Shown: positions 26,702-38,030 of the stretch, one piece after another
How positions within the stretch are numbered: the stretch's first letter is position 1
Layout of the letters: every line of letters begins with the position of its first letter
Virus record (IMG/VR): IMGVR_UViG_3300027776_000002
Coordinates: 10,414 to 74,413 of that record
Reading direction: 5' to 3' (one strand)
Length of the DNA: 64,000 nt
From: a virus
Lineage: Duplodnaviria > Caudoviricetes
Notes under the pieces: generated by a model
The model's database searches: none
Told to the model about the DNA's origin: nothing
What the model saw: only the letters and a program-made list of their open reading frames with translations
Program-made: the position numbers and the translations under genes

Positions 26702-26735
26702 AAAAGACCTTTGGTTTTAACCAAAGGTCTTTTTT
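26702..26735 (+). terminator. Rho-independent terminator
   Basis: AAAAGACCTTTGGTT/AACCAAAGGTCTTTT. Confidence 0.8.
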
Positions 26736-26772
26736 ATGGGAGGAATCCTCCTCTCATATGGAGTTAGAACCC

Positions 26773-26919
26773 ATGAAAGAGCAAATCGAAAAAGCAATCA
26801 AAAGTCTGGTTGCTAAAGCTGAGAACGCTCATGACTCAAATGATTCGTTGAAGTTTTCACAAGCAGCAACCAATATCGCGAATGCGTATGCAACAATGCA
26901 ACATGCGAATAAGACATAA
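26773..26919 (+). CDS. Small protein (48 aa, MKEQIEKAIK...KFSQAA), not in the ORF track
   Basis: GGAG SD; open frame; sits between two terminators. Confidence 0.6.
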   Translation: MKEQIEKAIKSLVAKAENAHDSNDSLKFSQAATNIANAYATMQHANKT

Positions 26920-26924
26920 AATAG

Positions 26925-26954
26925 AAGAAGCCCCCAATCGGGGGCTTCTTTTTT
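26925..26954 (+). terminator. Rho-independent terminator
   Basis: AAGAAGCCCCC/GGGGGCTTCTT followed by TTTT. Confidence 0.8.
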
Positions 26955-26965
26955 GGAGAATCACA

Positions 26966-27208
26966 ATGTCATACACAACACTAGGTGGGCGAAAGTTACA
27001 ACATTGGTGTTCGATTGACATCGAACTCGAAGAAGAGACTCAATACGTGTACTTTAATTCAGATTTCCACATTAATAGACGAAAACAAATGCCAGTAAGT
27101 TATGCAAAAGAGTTTTCTCATGCGGAAATTTTACGTGACAGTTCTCTTATCAAAAGTATCAATGATCACTACGGAAAAGTTACGATGCCAGATGAATCAC
27201 CATTCTGA
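26966..27208 (+). CDS. Hypothetical protein (80 aa)
   Basis: GGAG SD before ATG 26966. Confidence 0.55.
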   Translation: MSYTTLGGRKLQHWCSIDIELEEETQYVYFNSDFHINRRKQMPVSYAKEFSHAEILRDSSLIKSINDHYGKVTMPDESPF

Positions 27209-27286
27209 TAGGAGTTGACAAACTCCTCATATAAGTTGTATCTAAGCATCTGCTTGGATCACTGTGCCCTGCGGGAAGACCATATC

Positions 27287-27337
27287 CAAAGCCAGCAAAG
27301 CCCCCGAGGCCATGATTCTCGGGGGCTTTGCTGTTTT
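27287..27337. terminator. Bidirectional terminator at the convergence of middle and late transcription
   Basis: 16-bp stem CAGCAAAGCCCCCGAG/CTCGGGGGCTTTGCTG. Confidence 0.8.
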
Positions 27338-27344
27338 AGTAAAA

Positions 27345-30300
27345 TCAATTCACAAGATTCCACCATGGGTTAAGTGTCGGTGCACGAAGCGCCATGCCCG
27401 GACCCATCGACCAACCAAGCGAACCATCAATAGTCTTCATGATGATGTTGTCCTCAAATGGCAGATCGATTCCGTCAATTGGAACAGGCATCATCGAAGT
27501 CATTAAAGCATGTACCGGATTGTTTCGGATCATGCTCAATGCCACCTTGGAAATACGGATCTTGTAATTGTAGAACCACAGTAAGCCCATGTTCTCCAAG
27601 TACGAACGGAAGCGACCAGGGAGACGGTCGTAATTCACAAACTCTTCTGTCACTCGACCCATCGCATATTCTTTCGACTTCTTCTGACGCTTCACGAGAT
27701 CATCATAGAGCACGGCCTTTGCGATGAAGTCACCGTACTGCACTGACTTCTGCAAGCCTTGAAAGAGAGCAGTGTCACGAGTGATCAACGCATAGCGACC
27801 AGCATTGCGAACCTTCTCTGGCAGCTTGTTGACCATGCGCTCCATGTACTGCACGAGTTTGCCGGAGGTGAGTTCCAGATCTTCATTGATCATGCCAACA
27901 TCGGCAATCGTACTAAACTCGCCAGCTTCAATCAGCGGCCAGATACCTAGACGTTTGTGCGAATCCGTAATCGACTGAATCTCAGCCTTCAACTTACGTT
28001 GTTCGATTGGATTCTCAGTCGCACGCAATTCTGCTTCCGCATCAATTTGACGCAAACGAGTCTTTGCAAAGCTATCAATCTCAGCCAGCTTTTTTGGCAT
28101 GCTATAAGTGATGTCGAGCATAGGCACACCACGAGCCATCAGCTGGTACACATTTGACATGAAGTTGTAAACCGGAACAACCATCGACTTCACAACAATC
28201 AATGTACGAGCATCAGCCATCAGGTTTTGAATCACCTGTTCGCTCTTCACCAGCAACTTGTAACCGTCGAGGCTGAAAGCAGCCACGAGATTCTTCACTG
28301 TGTCTTGCGTTTCCTTGGACCACTTGCTGTTGCCAGTCCAGAAGTCACCCACAGATGCAGAGCGATAGCCGATAGCATCATCGAGCATATCTTTACGAAC
28401 CCAGAACTGCTCACCAAACTTCTCACGGATGTAAGCGAGAGTTTCATCAGTGAACAGATTGACAGCATCTTGTTGTACTTGATTCAACAATTTCGGATTC
28501 AGCAGATTGATATATTGTTTTTGGTTCGAGCTAGAAGCCAGCATGTCTTCGTCATACATCGCACGAAGTGCATCGATCAACTTCTCGTTGTAGATCTGAC
28601 TCATACCTTCTTCGGCCTGACGACCACGCCATACACCGATTATGCGTGGAAGATTCTGAGGCGGCATGACACGCTTCCATTGAGTAGCGGAGATCGGACG
28701 TTCCATTGCCACCACTGTACCGTAGTCGTCGTACACGGGCATCAGAGCTTCTTCCGTGGCGGTCTCATTGCGCATCTGTGCAGACAGGCGACGAACTTCG
28801 GTTCGATCCGTCACTCGACCAGCCATTTGAGCAACGGTGAATCCAGTCACCGAATCAACACCACCAGCAGTGTGACGGACATTTTGCATGATGCCCTGAT
28901 TGAACATGGCTCGACCAGAGAGCGGTGCATAATAGTAGCCACGACTCGAAACACGACGTTCGGTAGAAGAACCCTTGTAGTCGGCCACTCGGACATATCC
29001 CATCTGACGAAGTTGGGAGAAGTTTTTATCGTCCTGGACAACGAGAGACACACCCTGTTCCTGCTCACTTGGGATAAAACCTTTGTAAGCATTGATGCGA
29101 GCTTTACCCTTTGAAGATTTGCTGACTTCTTCCTTTCGCTGTCCAACCAGATAATCAAGAGTGAAGGACAGACCATCCGTTTCACTTTGAACCAAAGAAG
29201 TAATGTTGCTGCGATCGGATTGGTCAAGACCTTCGATAGCGTACAGAGTGATCAACTTGTCCAGTGCATTGATAATGTTCTTTGGAGGTGTCTTGTAACC
29301 ACGACCAACAGTCTGCCCAAAGAGATTCGCAATCGAATAAGCATTGCGAAGTAGGTTCTTACCAGGGACTCCAGTATTCATGAAGTTGGCAAGTTGCTGT
29401 GCCTTCTGTTTGATCAAACCATAGTGATTCTTGTCATGAGATTGAATCAGCTGTTCCAGCTTGTTGATCTCATTGTCGAGAGTTGTTTGGTCAGAGAAGA
29501 GCTTCTGAATATCAGCATGGCTCATCGTATCCCGCAGCACTGCAAGATCCGTTTTACCCATCGCATTGAACATCGAAGCGTTCTGTTCGGGAGTGATCTT
29601 GTTAGTGAACTTGCTTATGATGATGCGAGGAGTTTCCTCACGGAACTGTTGGCGAACTTGCTGTACCATCGAGCGAGTGACCTTGATCATGTCGTAGACC
29701 AAAGCATTCGAGTTGGTGCGACCAACCAAATCAGACATGAGCTTTTGAAGTGGCTCCCAGAGTTTCGACTTGTTGACCATCACCATAGTCTGTTCTGCAA
29801 CAATAGCTCCGTTCTTCTCGGTAGCCATAGCAGCCACAAGTTTGGTGGAACGTGCAGCAAACTTGGTAAGTTCATTCTTGGCATTCTTTTCGACTTCAGT
29901 TGCTTTCTCCATCGCTATGTCGGACAGCTTTTCCATACCATCAACGACATAGGTATTCATACGATCCATAATGCCACCAGCTTTGGAAGCATACTGATCC
30001 AGAAACGTCTGCTCATCCTGAGCAACTTTCTTGACGTGTTGAATCAGATTGTCCACAGCTTGCTGGACATTCTTCGAGGAGGTATCTCCTGCGAGACGCT
30101 TAGACAGTGAATCCATCACACTATTGCTGGCGTTTTCCAACATGGCATCGAGACTACCATCAGTGTTCTTCGCCTTGTTTGGAACTTCGATCTTGCCAAG
30201 CACAGTGCGGAATTCATCGCTCACAGTTGCCAGACCCAGAAAAGCTGGGAGCAAACTGGAACGACCAACATCATCGGTGCGGATGATGTGCTTACCCATC

Positions 30301-33300
30301 ACCGAGTCGTACTTTTCCTGTGCGTAGTAACGAGCGGCTGGATCCAGGGATTCTGGATCTGCCATGAAGTCTTCGATCTTGAGATTCTTCGAGACGTGAG
30401 TGTACAACTCCTGTGCACGAGAAAGTGCATTCGGATCGATTTCAGCTTCCGTCGCCAGAGCAGTAACAATCATTCGGAAGGTAGCCGATTCCTGCATCGT
30501 CATTGGAAAGCCGTGAGCATTCATCGACAGTGCCACGTCGATAGCAGCCATCTGAGCATCCGACACTCGAACTTGACGCAGCTTGTCTTTCAGCGACAAT
30601 TTCTCATCACCAAGATAATCGAGAATCTTACGACCGAATGCAGTGCGCACACCCTTTAAGCGTTCATTGTTGCCATAGTTTGTAGAGTGAAAGAGTTCAC
30701 CATCTCGATTGATCGTGGAGATAGACGGCTGCGAACGGATAATGATCCCCGAGTTGAATTGTAGATTCGATAGGAAATCATCAACAGACTTTGGAGCAAT
30801 TTTACGGCCCCAAATCATCTGCTTGATTGCCTTGATAACATCTTTCGCCATCTGAACCAAAGAAGGTACTTGTTTCTTTTTCAGAGCTTCGGTGAGCTGT
30901 TCGTTAGTCAGACCCCAGGCCATGAATTCATTGAGCGCCTTAGCTTGTGCCACGGCTTGATCCGATTCGAGATTCGAGGAAAGAATTGCTTCACGAGCAC
31001 TAGTGTACGAAGAAGATTTGTCGTCGAGCGTGAGGAATTCCTCCATCATCGTTTCGAGACGAGTAATCGCAGACGTGATTTCTTTGGAATTTGGACCAAG
31101 ATCTTCGCGGTTGTAATAAGCGAGCACCGTCTCATACGATGCAGCGTGCACAAGCTCATGCACCATCGTCTCTATGGTTGGGTTGACCATGTAGATCGTG
31201 TTGTCACCAATGTTGGTCCAACCAAAGACTTCTTGGTCAGGACGTGGATTGAGACCCTTCTGTTCGATGTAAGCATCCAGCTGATCGACAGTTCCAGAGA
31301 TCACCTTGTATTGCTTCGCTGCAAGCGAACGACGGATTTCATCGAAAATGATTTTTTGTGCTTCCGTCATCGTTGGAGCGAGTTTGGTCATCGCAGTCCA
31401 GCTAAGAATACGAGCACCAGTCGAATGCAGACGACCCACCTTTTCCATTTCCGGAGTGGGTTTGGCTGGAGCAACGACTTTGATCGGAGCAACGGTAACT
31501 TCTGGATTCAACGAACCACCTTGCATGATGGTGTTATATCGTTTATTGAGTTCTGCCAGCGTTTGTTCCGAAGTGAGATTGATTGCGATACGACCATTCT
31601 GATATGGAACAGCGGCAGCAGCCATTTGATCCAAAGAAATTGGCATCGACTGTAATGCTTCATGACGAGCATCGATAGAGTCAGCAGACCATTTTAAATT
31701 GGCCTGCATGGCATCGATGCGTTCACGAATCTGATCCGGAGTGAACTTGGAATTTTTCGAGTCACCACGCTCCTGTGGAGTGAACAAGATACGAGTTAGC
31801 GCATCGTAGGTCTGATCATTGATAAAAGCATTGTCGAAGTTCTTCATGAAACGACTGAAGGTCTTCGACATTTCACGAAGAGGATTCCCTTTCCAACTTT
31901 CATAGACTGCTTCATTTGCTTGCAGACTATATTCCTTGATCTTGTCAAGTGGCATGTTCATACCATCGAAGATCTTCAGTGTGCCTTCGAGACCAGCTTG
32001 TGCAAGTAGCTGCATCATCATACCGTCACCCATGCCGATAGTGAGCATAGGAATAGCACGGACGCCAGCTTGCCCAGGAGCATAGATACTGGCCGATGCA
32101 CGCATCGTATCGTCGAGTGCAGCACTGATTTCCAGATCATTGCCACGAACTTCGAGACGTTGATTAGAAGCGATCATGAAACTCTGATCACCTGTTTGAA
32201 CCAAAGGAGCAATGGTCTGCAACTTGCGCTGGATCTTCTCGATCTCAGCACGAGATAGGAATTCACCACGCTTCCAGTTTGGATCATTAGCTTCCTTCTC
32301 AGCCAGTGCAGTATCGATAGCTTGAACGAATTGATTCTCCAAAATGATAGATTGAATCTGTGCACTGTCACGGAGAATTCCAACCGCCTTCATCAAGCGA
32401 CTGCCCACTGTGTCTTCAATGCCTTGACGCATCGGCTCAACAAAGAGTTGAAGCATGTTGGCATTCATCGCTTCCAACTCCGATTGATCGAAGGTGAAGT
32501 TGTGAGGATTGAAGGTAGTACGACGTTGGCCGAGACTTTCAAACACAAGTTCGCCCTTACTCCACACTGGCTTTTGGCGAGTGAGAGCATTGTAGGCAGA
32601 TTGGAAGCGATCCATCTTGACCTGTGCATCCGGATCATTCGGAAACATAGCTTCCGAAAGCGTGATGTTCGGATTGTCGTTGCGAGCTTGGATCACTGCC
32701 GACATACGAGCGTAGATTTCAGTCGTAAGTTGCCCCACCAGCTTGCCAGCGATACCAGCAGCACCCGAACCATACACTGTGATGGTGAGAGGATTCTTAG
32801 CAATACCACGCTTCATTTCCAACGCACCATCTTCCCAAGCACGGTCTGGATTGAAAGTGACATCACTACTGAAAAGACCCATCATCGAAAGCAGCTGATT
32901 CATCTGCTCTAATACTTCAGCAGAGTTCTTCTGTTGTGCAAGTTGGCGACGTAGGAACGAGAGATTTTCACGAGTTGCATCAGTTGATGCTTGATAGAGA
33001 TCCTTCGGATCCTCAGCACGAATGTCAGCCATCGTTTGCGCATCACCGATGACCAAACCACCCTTGCGAATGTTTTTAAGCCAGTCCTGTTGGAATTCGC
33101 CAATGGTCATCAAAGCCATAGCATTGATTGGACCATTGGTCACGCCGTCAGCTTCGAGATAGATGCTCGTCGTAAACTTGGACTTGTCATCCGTGTTCTG
33201 AAGACGTGCGTAATCGACCACGGCATGTAGGCTTGCCATGGTCAGATCGGCACCAGCTTTCTTGAAAGCAGTACGAATCTGATCGACTTGTTCGGAGGTG

Positions 33301-36300
33301 AAAGTCTCCTCGCCAGAAAGCGGATTATCGAAATCAGCTATTTTCAGCCAGTCTTGCAACATCATGATGACAGGAGCAAGTTCACCACTGAGCATTTGAT
33401 TCAGCTGTATCTGCGATGTTTCGAGCGGCAGGTTGTGCACTTTGATACCAAACGCTTGAGCCAAGCCCAGCGTATAAGCATCCCAGTTGGCATTATTTTG
33501 ATTTGCCAGATCGACAGTCACACGAGTTGGTAGGAACGCTTCACGAACCAGCTTGCTGGATTGTGGGTTGTACTTGCCAAGCATCTGCATACGACCAACA
33601 CGGCTCATGTTGTAGCCATATCGAATAGGGACATCATCGGCATTCTTCGACGCAGTTTCAGCGAAGTTGGTCAGGTCATATGCCACATCCAGCATGTGAT
33701 TATAAGCAGACACAACACTGGTGTTCTGTCCTTCCAGCGAAGACAGATGATTGACATTCCAGTCTTCTGGATTCTTGATCACGGTACCGAAAAGACTCAG
33801 CAGACTCTCACGTCCCATAGCAGTAAAGAAACTTACCATTGGGCGATTGATATAAAACGGAGTTTGCTGTTCTTTTTCGAGTGCATCCTTCTGCGCCGAA
33901 GTATTTGGCACTTCAGGATTGTTCATCTGACGCTCGGCAACAGCAGGCACTTCATCACCGAAATAATTCGTGTGCTCTGGTGCGATCATCACAGCATTTT
34001 CAATCGCATCTTGGAAGGTGCGAATCGGATCATTGTCATCGAGACGCGCAACAATGTAACGCTGGATAGTGCGATTCTCTTTAACAGAGAATTGCTCTTT
34101 TGAGATTTCAGTGGTCTCGATATTCAGCAGTCCCATGTCACGCAGGCCACGAATCATCTCTGAAGCCATTGCTTGTGGAATACCATCGACGTATGCAATA
34201 TCAGCATCACGCTTGCCATTGAGACCCCAGTAGTTCGAGATCTTTTGACCCAGTGAACGAACAGCTTGCTCCATGCTCATGCCACTGGTAACACGTTCAA
34301 TTATCGCAGGAGTTAGCTCATAGACTGGGATGTTCGTGATCTCAGACACATCCTGCTCATCCATATTGCTTTCGTATTGGTTCGCAGACAGCAGCCATTG
34401 CATCGCAGCAAGACCAGCTTGCTCGATGATCTGCGTGTTGTATTGGAAGCCATCATCCGTCTGTTCAACCAGATTGAGCACCTTACCATTACGCCAGCGA
34501 TTCGCTTCGACACCATTTTCGCCAAATTTCTTTCCCTTGGTTCGCAAGAACTCTTGCAGATTGTTCTCTACATTTGAGAGAAGATGCCCAAGCGTATTGC
34601 CTTCCTGCTTATCCGACAGGAGAGTTTGGTAGGCATCAGCAGCTTCTTTGCTCAGCGTGTTGCGAGACGAACCAGTGAGGAAGGATTGCAAGCGAAGGTT
34701 TGAGGACAGAGCACGACGAACCGACGCTGCCGGAGATTCTTCGGCATACAGTCGAGTCTTTGGTTCTTGCGGGAATTGGAACGATTCTAGGAATAGATTT
34801 CGCACACCTTTGTAGAGGTTAGGAAATGCAGTTTCGATTCCAGTAGGAGCGGTTTTAGTAGAAACAACAGGAGTTGTCTCCTCAGTCTTGGAATCAAATG
34901 CTTGACGGAAAGCCTTCCCTTCTTCGGATTGATTCTGCGCATTGTTGAGTTGAGCACCTTTTGCACGAGCCATCTTGTACATGGTCGTAGCGATACCTTG
35001 ACGACGAAAACCTTCATCAACAGTGACTGACTGATCCATTGAATCATCAAGCGTGTACAGCAATTCACCAACTTCCTGATCTCCCGAAAAAGCCTTGATG
35101 CTTTGTACACCAGCTACTTCCGATTCCTCGTAGCGAATTTCTGGTTTCACATTTGTCCGTACCACTTTCGATGTGGATTCGGTTTTGGTTGAAGTGGGCT
35201 TATCTTGAACATTGGTGATGGGCGCAGGTTTCGATTCCACAGTTGTAGAAGACGCGGGGATAGCGGAAACAGTAGTTTGCTCATTACTAATGCTCTCTTG
35301 TACTGGCGTAGGAGAACGGAACTTCTGTGCAAGTTCGTCAGGGTTTCCTTGAAGTTCAGCAGCCAACGAAACAGCTTCAATCCTTGGTTGTGCGAGATCT
35401 GGAAATGTTTCAGTTAAACCGTTATATACATCGGACAAGATTTTGCCTTCAAGAGCAATTGACTGTGCTTGATCGATAGATTTTGGCGAACGAGTATTGA
35501 CATACATACCATCGCGAGACTCTTTGAAATCACGTTCAGTGTTTGGTTGCAGTGCTTGATACTTCACCGGGGAAGAAGACACATTCCCTGTAGCGAAGTG
35601 TGCATTGAGTGCACCAATCTTGTTCTGCATATGCTGAACAAACTTACCGAAGTCTTCCAGTCGAGCAGCAGCAAGATCATTGTTTTTTCCACGAACAGCC
35701 GAGAGAATGCCCTGAGTGTGACCCAGAGCAGACAGTGCAATCTTGCGAAGAGGATCGTTACCAGCAACCACTTGTTCCGAAACAACATCCTTTGCGGAAC
35801 GTAGACCTTTAGCTTTGATCTCCGCTTCCATTGCCTGACGAGCACGAAGCAGCTGCGTAGATGCACGCAGGGTTGCTTGTTGTTGTGGTGTCAGTGCGAT
35901 CTTGCCATTGGCAGCATGTGTGAGGATGTTCTCATTTGCTTCGAGATTGCCTCGATCCGGATGCAAACTCGAAATCACCAGTGCATTACGGACATTCTGT
36001 TGGCCTTCAACAGTACCAAGAGATTCTTCCGTGACTGGCTTGATGTTCGCATCGACTTGATTCTTCGAGACCATCTCATTGATGGCGCGAAGTGCACGTT
36101 GTACAGATGGAGTGTTTTCGATGTCAGCAACGATAGTCTCGTACTGTTGCAGTGCTTGATTGATCTGAGGATTCTGCATAGCAACAGAATCGACAGCTGA
36201 TGGGTCACTCTCCTGTAAGTTGTAGAAAGGTTCCATCAGCATATGAAGACTAGTAGCAGCACGGAGTTGATCCGCACCATCCAAACGTGCAACCTCCCGA

Positions 36301-38030
36301 GCCATACGCTGAATCGCTTCAGGACGAGAAGCCGAACCAGTAAGAATAGCCTTCTGTTCATCGGGAATCGAATTAAATTCTTCCGAGTTCGGATCGAATG
36401 CCATCGCTTGGGTCAGAGTGGAGACGTATTCCTGCGATGCAGCTTTCTCTTCCGAAGTGGCATGCGAGTTTTGGATGGCATCATTGATAGTCGAAGCATC
36501 GAAAGTAGCAGTAGAAACATTCGCAGCAGCACGCTCCTGTATCGCTTCATCAGCGACAGGAGATGCTTTTTCCATATTGCGGATACGTTCTGCACCACGC
36601 TCAACGAGTGCATTAAAGAGTGGAACACCCTTGTCGATCAGTGGTTGAACAGCAGCCCGAGTACCACGATAGACATGCTTGGCAGCTACGACAGATGCTT
36701 GTGCAGTAACACCAGGAGCTTGAACAGCACCAGCCGAGGTTGCACCGTACAAAGCACCTTGTGCAGTCTGTTCACCAACACCTTCAGAAAGCACACGATT
36801 TTCATCAGCATACTTTTGAGCAGCGATATTTTGAGCAAGTCCACCAGTAGTCGATTGAATGGCTTCTTCAAGCGGTTCTTTAACCAGTGTATTCGTGAGA
36901 GCCGAACCAATAGAACGAACATGAAATGGACGTTCAGCAAAACGAGTAAGTGAACCAGCAGCAACACCAATCGGAGCTTGAATGGCAGCTGCAAAAAGTG
37001 CAGATCGATTAGCGACTTGGATTCGTGCTTCTTCTGGTGTAGCACCCGCAGCGACTAATTCACGATATGTAGGAGAGTTTTCTTGCAGTTGTTCAAACGA
37101 CATGCTGAGCACATCGCTGGAAGTCTGCGAATAAGCACCACCAGCTTCGAGACCAGCAGTCACCAAAGGCCATCTAGCCCATTCGGCAGCAGTACCCAAC
37201 CGACCAGTATTAGCAATACCCAAGGACTTCATGGCAGCCCCACCAATGAGCTTCAGCCCCTTGGAGATAGGACCACCAGCCAGAAACGAACCACCCGCCT
37301 CAGCAGTTCCTTGAGCAAGCATGGTGGAGTTCTGCGCAGAATTCGCAAGAGTATCGACAGTATCTCGGCCCCAACGACGAAGATCAGCAACAATTTCCGA
37401 ACTACCATCTTCGATTTCGTTTTCGCGCTTCAGCGTATTATCACGATAATCGAGAGACGATTGTGCACGCTGAACACGACGAGCAGCATTCACACCATTA
37501 GATTGCTGTTTTTCAACCCACTGCATTCCCTGCTGAACTTTGTCACCAACCCAGGTACCAGCTTCAGCATCAACAAGACCAGTACCCAAAGCAGCAAGCC
37601 CACCAAGGCTTCCACCAAATCCAGCACCAATACCGGAAACCGTATCACCGAGAATTTGTGGACCCGTTCGGTTGTTCGACTGAAGAATATCTTTGAAGAA
37701 TTGCGTTCCAGCACCAGCTTGATCATTCAACAAATCAACAGCCGAAGATCCGTACTTCAAATACAGATCAAGAGGCTGCATAGTCCGAAGATCAGTCTCC
37801 AATGGAGACATACTTTGCACACCAAGTTGGTTTCCCTGCCCAGCAGCAATTTGGTAAAAATCAGGAATACCCTGCATCGGAGAAAGTGCAACTTTCTTTT
37901 CCACAGATGCTTGCGCTACTTGGGCTTGCTTTTCGAGGAATGGATTGTTCAGGACAGGGCTAGCATCAACACCAGTTGCAGGAGTGATGGGAGCAGCAGC
38001 CTGATCCAGAAGACGCTGGAAATCCGTCAT
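27345..38030 (-). CDS. Virion-encapsidated RNA polymerase (N4 gp50-like), ~3,560 aa
   Basis: Size; YNMSRVGRMQM, motif A EADGVTNGP, motif B KRGIAKNPLTITVYGSG, motif C KIFDG; likely start MTDFQRLL at 38030. Confidence 0.97.
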   Translation of the reverse strand: MTDFQRLLDQAAAPITPATGVDASPVLNNPFLEKQAQVAQASVEKKVALSPMQGIPDFYQIAAGQGNQLGVQSMSPLETDLRTMQPLDLYLKYGSSAVDLLNDQAGAGTQFFKDILQSNNRTGPQILGDTVSGIGAGFGGSLGGLAALGTGLVDAEAGTWVGDKVQQGMQWVEKQQSNGVNAARRVQRAQSSLDYRDNTLKRENEIEDGSSEIVADLRRWGRDTVDTLANSAQNSTMLAQGTAEAGGSFLAGGPISKGLKLIGGAAMKSLGIANTGRLGTAAEWARWPLVTAGLEAGGAYSQTSSDVLSMSFEQLQENSPTYRELVAAGATPEEARIQVANRSALFAAAIQAPIGVAAGSLTRFAERPFHVRSIGSALTNTLVKEPLEEAIQSTTGGLAQNIAAQKYADENRVLSEGVGEQTAQGALYGATSAGAVQAPGVTAQASVVAAKHVYRGTRAAVQPLIDKGVPLFNALVERGAERIRNMEKASPVADEAIQERAAANVSTATFDASTINDAIQNSHATSEEKAASQEYVSTLTQAMAFDPNSEEFNSIPDEQKAILTGSASRPEAIQRMAREVARLDGADQLRAATSLHMLMEPFYNLQESDPSAVDSVAMQNPQINQALQQYETIVADIENTPSVQRALRAINEMVSKNQVDANIKPVTEESLGTVEGQQNVRNALVISSLHPDRGNLEANENILTHAANGKIALTPQQQATLRASTQLLRARQAMEAEIKAKGLRSAKDVVSEQVVAGNDPLRKIALSALGHTQGILSAVRGKNNDLAAARLEDFGKFVQHMQNKIGALNAHFATGNVSSSPVKYQALQPNTERDFKESRDGMYVNTRSPKSIDQAQSIALEGKILSDVYNGLTETFPDLAQPRIEAVSLAAELQGNPDELAQKFRSPTPVQESISNEQTTVSAIPASSTTVESKPAPITNVQDKPTSTKTESTSKVVRTNVKPEIRYEESEVAGVQSIKAFSGDQEVGELLYTLDDSMDQSVTVDEGFRRQGIATTMYKMARAKGAQLNNAQNQSEEGKAFRQAFDSKTEETTPVVSTKTAPTGIETAFPNLYKGVRNLFLESFQFPQEPKTRLYAEESPAASVRRALSSNLRLQSFLTGSSRNTLSKEAADAYQTLLSDKQEGNTLGHLLSNVENNLQEFLRTKGKKFGENGVEANRWRNGKVLNLVEQTDDGFQYNTQIIEQAGLAAMQWLLSANQYESNMDEQDVSEITNIPVYELTPAIIERVTSGMSMEQAVRSLGQKISNYWGLNGKRDADIAYVDGIPQAMASEMIRGLRDMGLLNIETTEISKEQFSVKENRTIQRYIVARLDDNDPIRTFQDAIENAVMIAPEHTNYFGDEVPAVAERQMNNPEVPNTSAQKDALEKEQQTPFYINRPMVSFFTAMGRESLLSLFGTVIKNPEDWNVNHLSSLEGQNTSVVSAYNHMLDVAYDLTNFAETASKNADDVPIRYGYNMSRVGRMQMLGKYNPQSSKLVREAFLPTRVTVDLANQNNANWDAYTLGLAQAFGIKVHNLPLETSQIQLNQMLSGELAPVIMMLQDWLKIADFDNPLSGEETFTSEQVDQIRTAFKKAGADLTMASLHAVVDYARLQNTDDKSKFTTSIYLEADGVTNGPINAMALMTIGEFQQDWLKNIRKGGLVIGDAQTMADIRAEDPKDLYQASTDATRENLSFLRRQLAQQKNSAEVLEQMNQLLSMMGLFSSDVTFNPDRAWEDGALEMKRGIAKNPLTITVYGSGAAGIAGKLVGQLTTEIYARMSAVIQARNDNPNITLSEAMFPNDPDAQVKMDRFQSAYNALTRQKPVWSKGELVFESLGQRRTTFNPHNFTFDQSELEAMNANMLQLFVEPMRQGIEDTVGSRLMKAVGILRDSAQIQSIILENQFVQAIDTALAEKEANDPNWKRGEFLSRAEIEKIQRKLQTIAPLVQTGDQSFMIASNQRLEVRGNDLEISAALDDTMRASASIYAPGQAGVRAIPMLTIGMGDGMMMQLLAQAGLEGTLKIFDGMNMPLDKIKEYSLQANEAVYESWKGNPLREMSKTFSRFMKNFDNAFINDQTYDALTRILFTPQERGDSKNSKFTPDQIRERIDAMQANLKWSADSIDARHEALQSMPISLDQMAAAAVPYQNGRIAINLTSEQTLAELNKRYNTIMQGGSLNPEVTVAPIKVVAPAKPTPEMEKVGRLHSTGARILSWTAMTKLAPTMTEAQKIIFDEIRRSLAAKQYKVISGTVDQLDAYIEQKGLNPRPDQEVFGWTNIGDNTIYMVNPTIETMVHELVHAASYETVLAYYNREDLGPNSKEITSAITRLETMMEEFLTLDDKSSSYTSAREAILSSNLESDQAVAQAKALNEFMAWGLTNEQLTEALKKKQVPSLVQMAKDVIKAIKQMIWGRKIAPKSVDDFLSNLQFNSGIIIRSQPSISTINRDGELFHSTNYGNNERLKGVRTAFGRKILDYLGDEKLSLKDKLRQVRVSDAQMAAIDVALSMNAHGFPMTMQESATFRMIVTALATEAEIDPNALSRAQELYTHVSKNLKIEDFMADPESLDPAARYYAQEKYDSVMGKHIIRTDDVGRSSLLPAFLGLATVSDEFRTVLGKIEVPNKAKNTDGSLDAMLENASNSVMDSLSKRLAGDTSSKNVQQAVDNLIQHVKKVAQDEQTFLDQYASKAGGIMDRMNTYVVDGMEKLSDIAMEKATEVEKNAKNELTKFAARSTKLVAAMATEKNGAIVAEQTMVMVNKSKLWEPLQKLMSDLVGRTNSNALVYDMIKVTRSMVQQVRQQFREETPRIIISKFTNKITPEQNASMFNAMGKTDLAVLRDTMSHADIQKLFSDQTTLDNEINKLEQLIQSHDKNHYGLIKQKAQQLANFMNTGVPGKNLLRNAYSIANLFGQTVGRGYKTPPKNIINALDKLITLYAIEGLDQSDRSNITSLVQSETDGLSFTLDYLVGQRKEEVSKSSKGKARINAYKGFIPSEQEQGVSLVVQDDKNFSQLRQMGYVRVADYKGSSTERRVSSRGYYYAPLSGRAMFNQGIMQNVRHTAGGVDSVTGFTVAQMAGRVTDRTEVRRLSAQMRNETATEEALMPVYDDYGTVVAMERPISATQWKRVMPPQNLPRIIGVWRGRQAEEGMSQIYNEKLIDALRAMYDEDMLASSSNQKQYINLLNPKLLNQVQQDAVNLFTDETLAYIREKFGEQFWVRKDMLDDAIGYRSASVGDFWTGNSKWSKETQDTVKNLVAAFSLDGYKLLVKSEQVIQNLMADARTLIVVKSMVVPVYNFMSNVYQLMARGVPMLDITYSMPKKLAEIDSFAKTRLRQIDAEAELRATENPIEQRKLKAEIQSITDSHKRLGIWPLIEAGEFSTIADVGMINEDLELTSGKLVQYMERMVNKLPEKVRNAGRYALITRDTALFQGLQKSVQYGDFIAKAVLYDDLVKRQKKSKEYAMGRVTEEFVNYDRLPGRFRSYLENMGLLWFYNYKIRISKVALSMIRNNPVHALMTSMMPVPIDGIDLPFEDNIIMKTIDGSLGWSMGPGMALRAPTLNPWWNLVN

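Noticed and set aside
27215-27243. TTGACA as a promoter
   Set aside because: No acceptable -10 at 16-18 nt spacing; the hexamer lies in a small hairpin.
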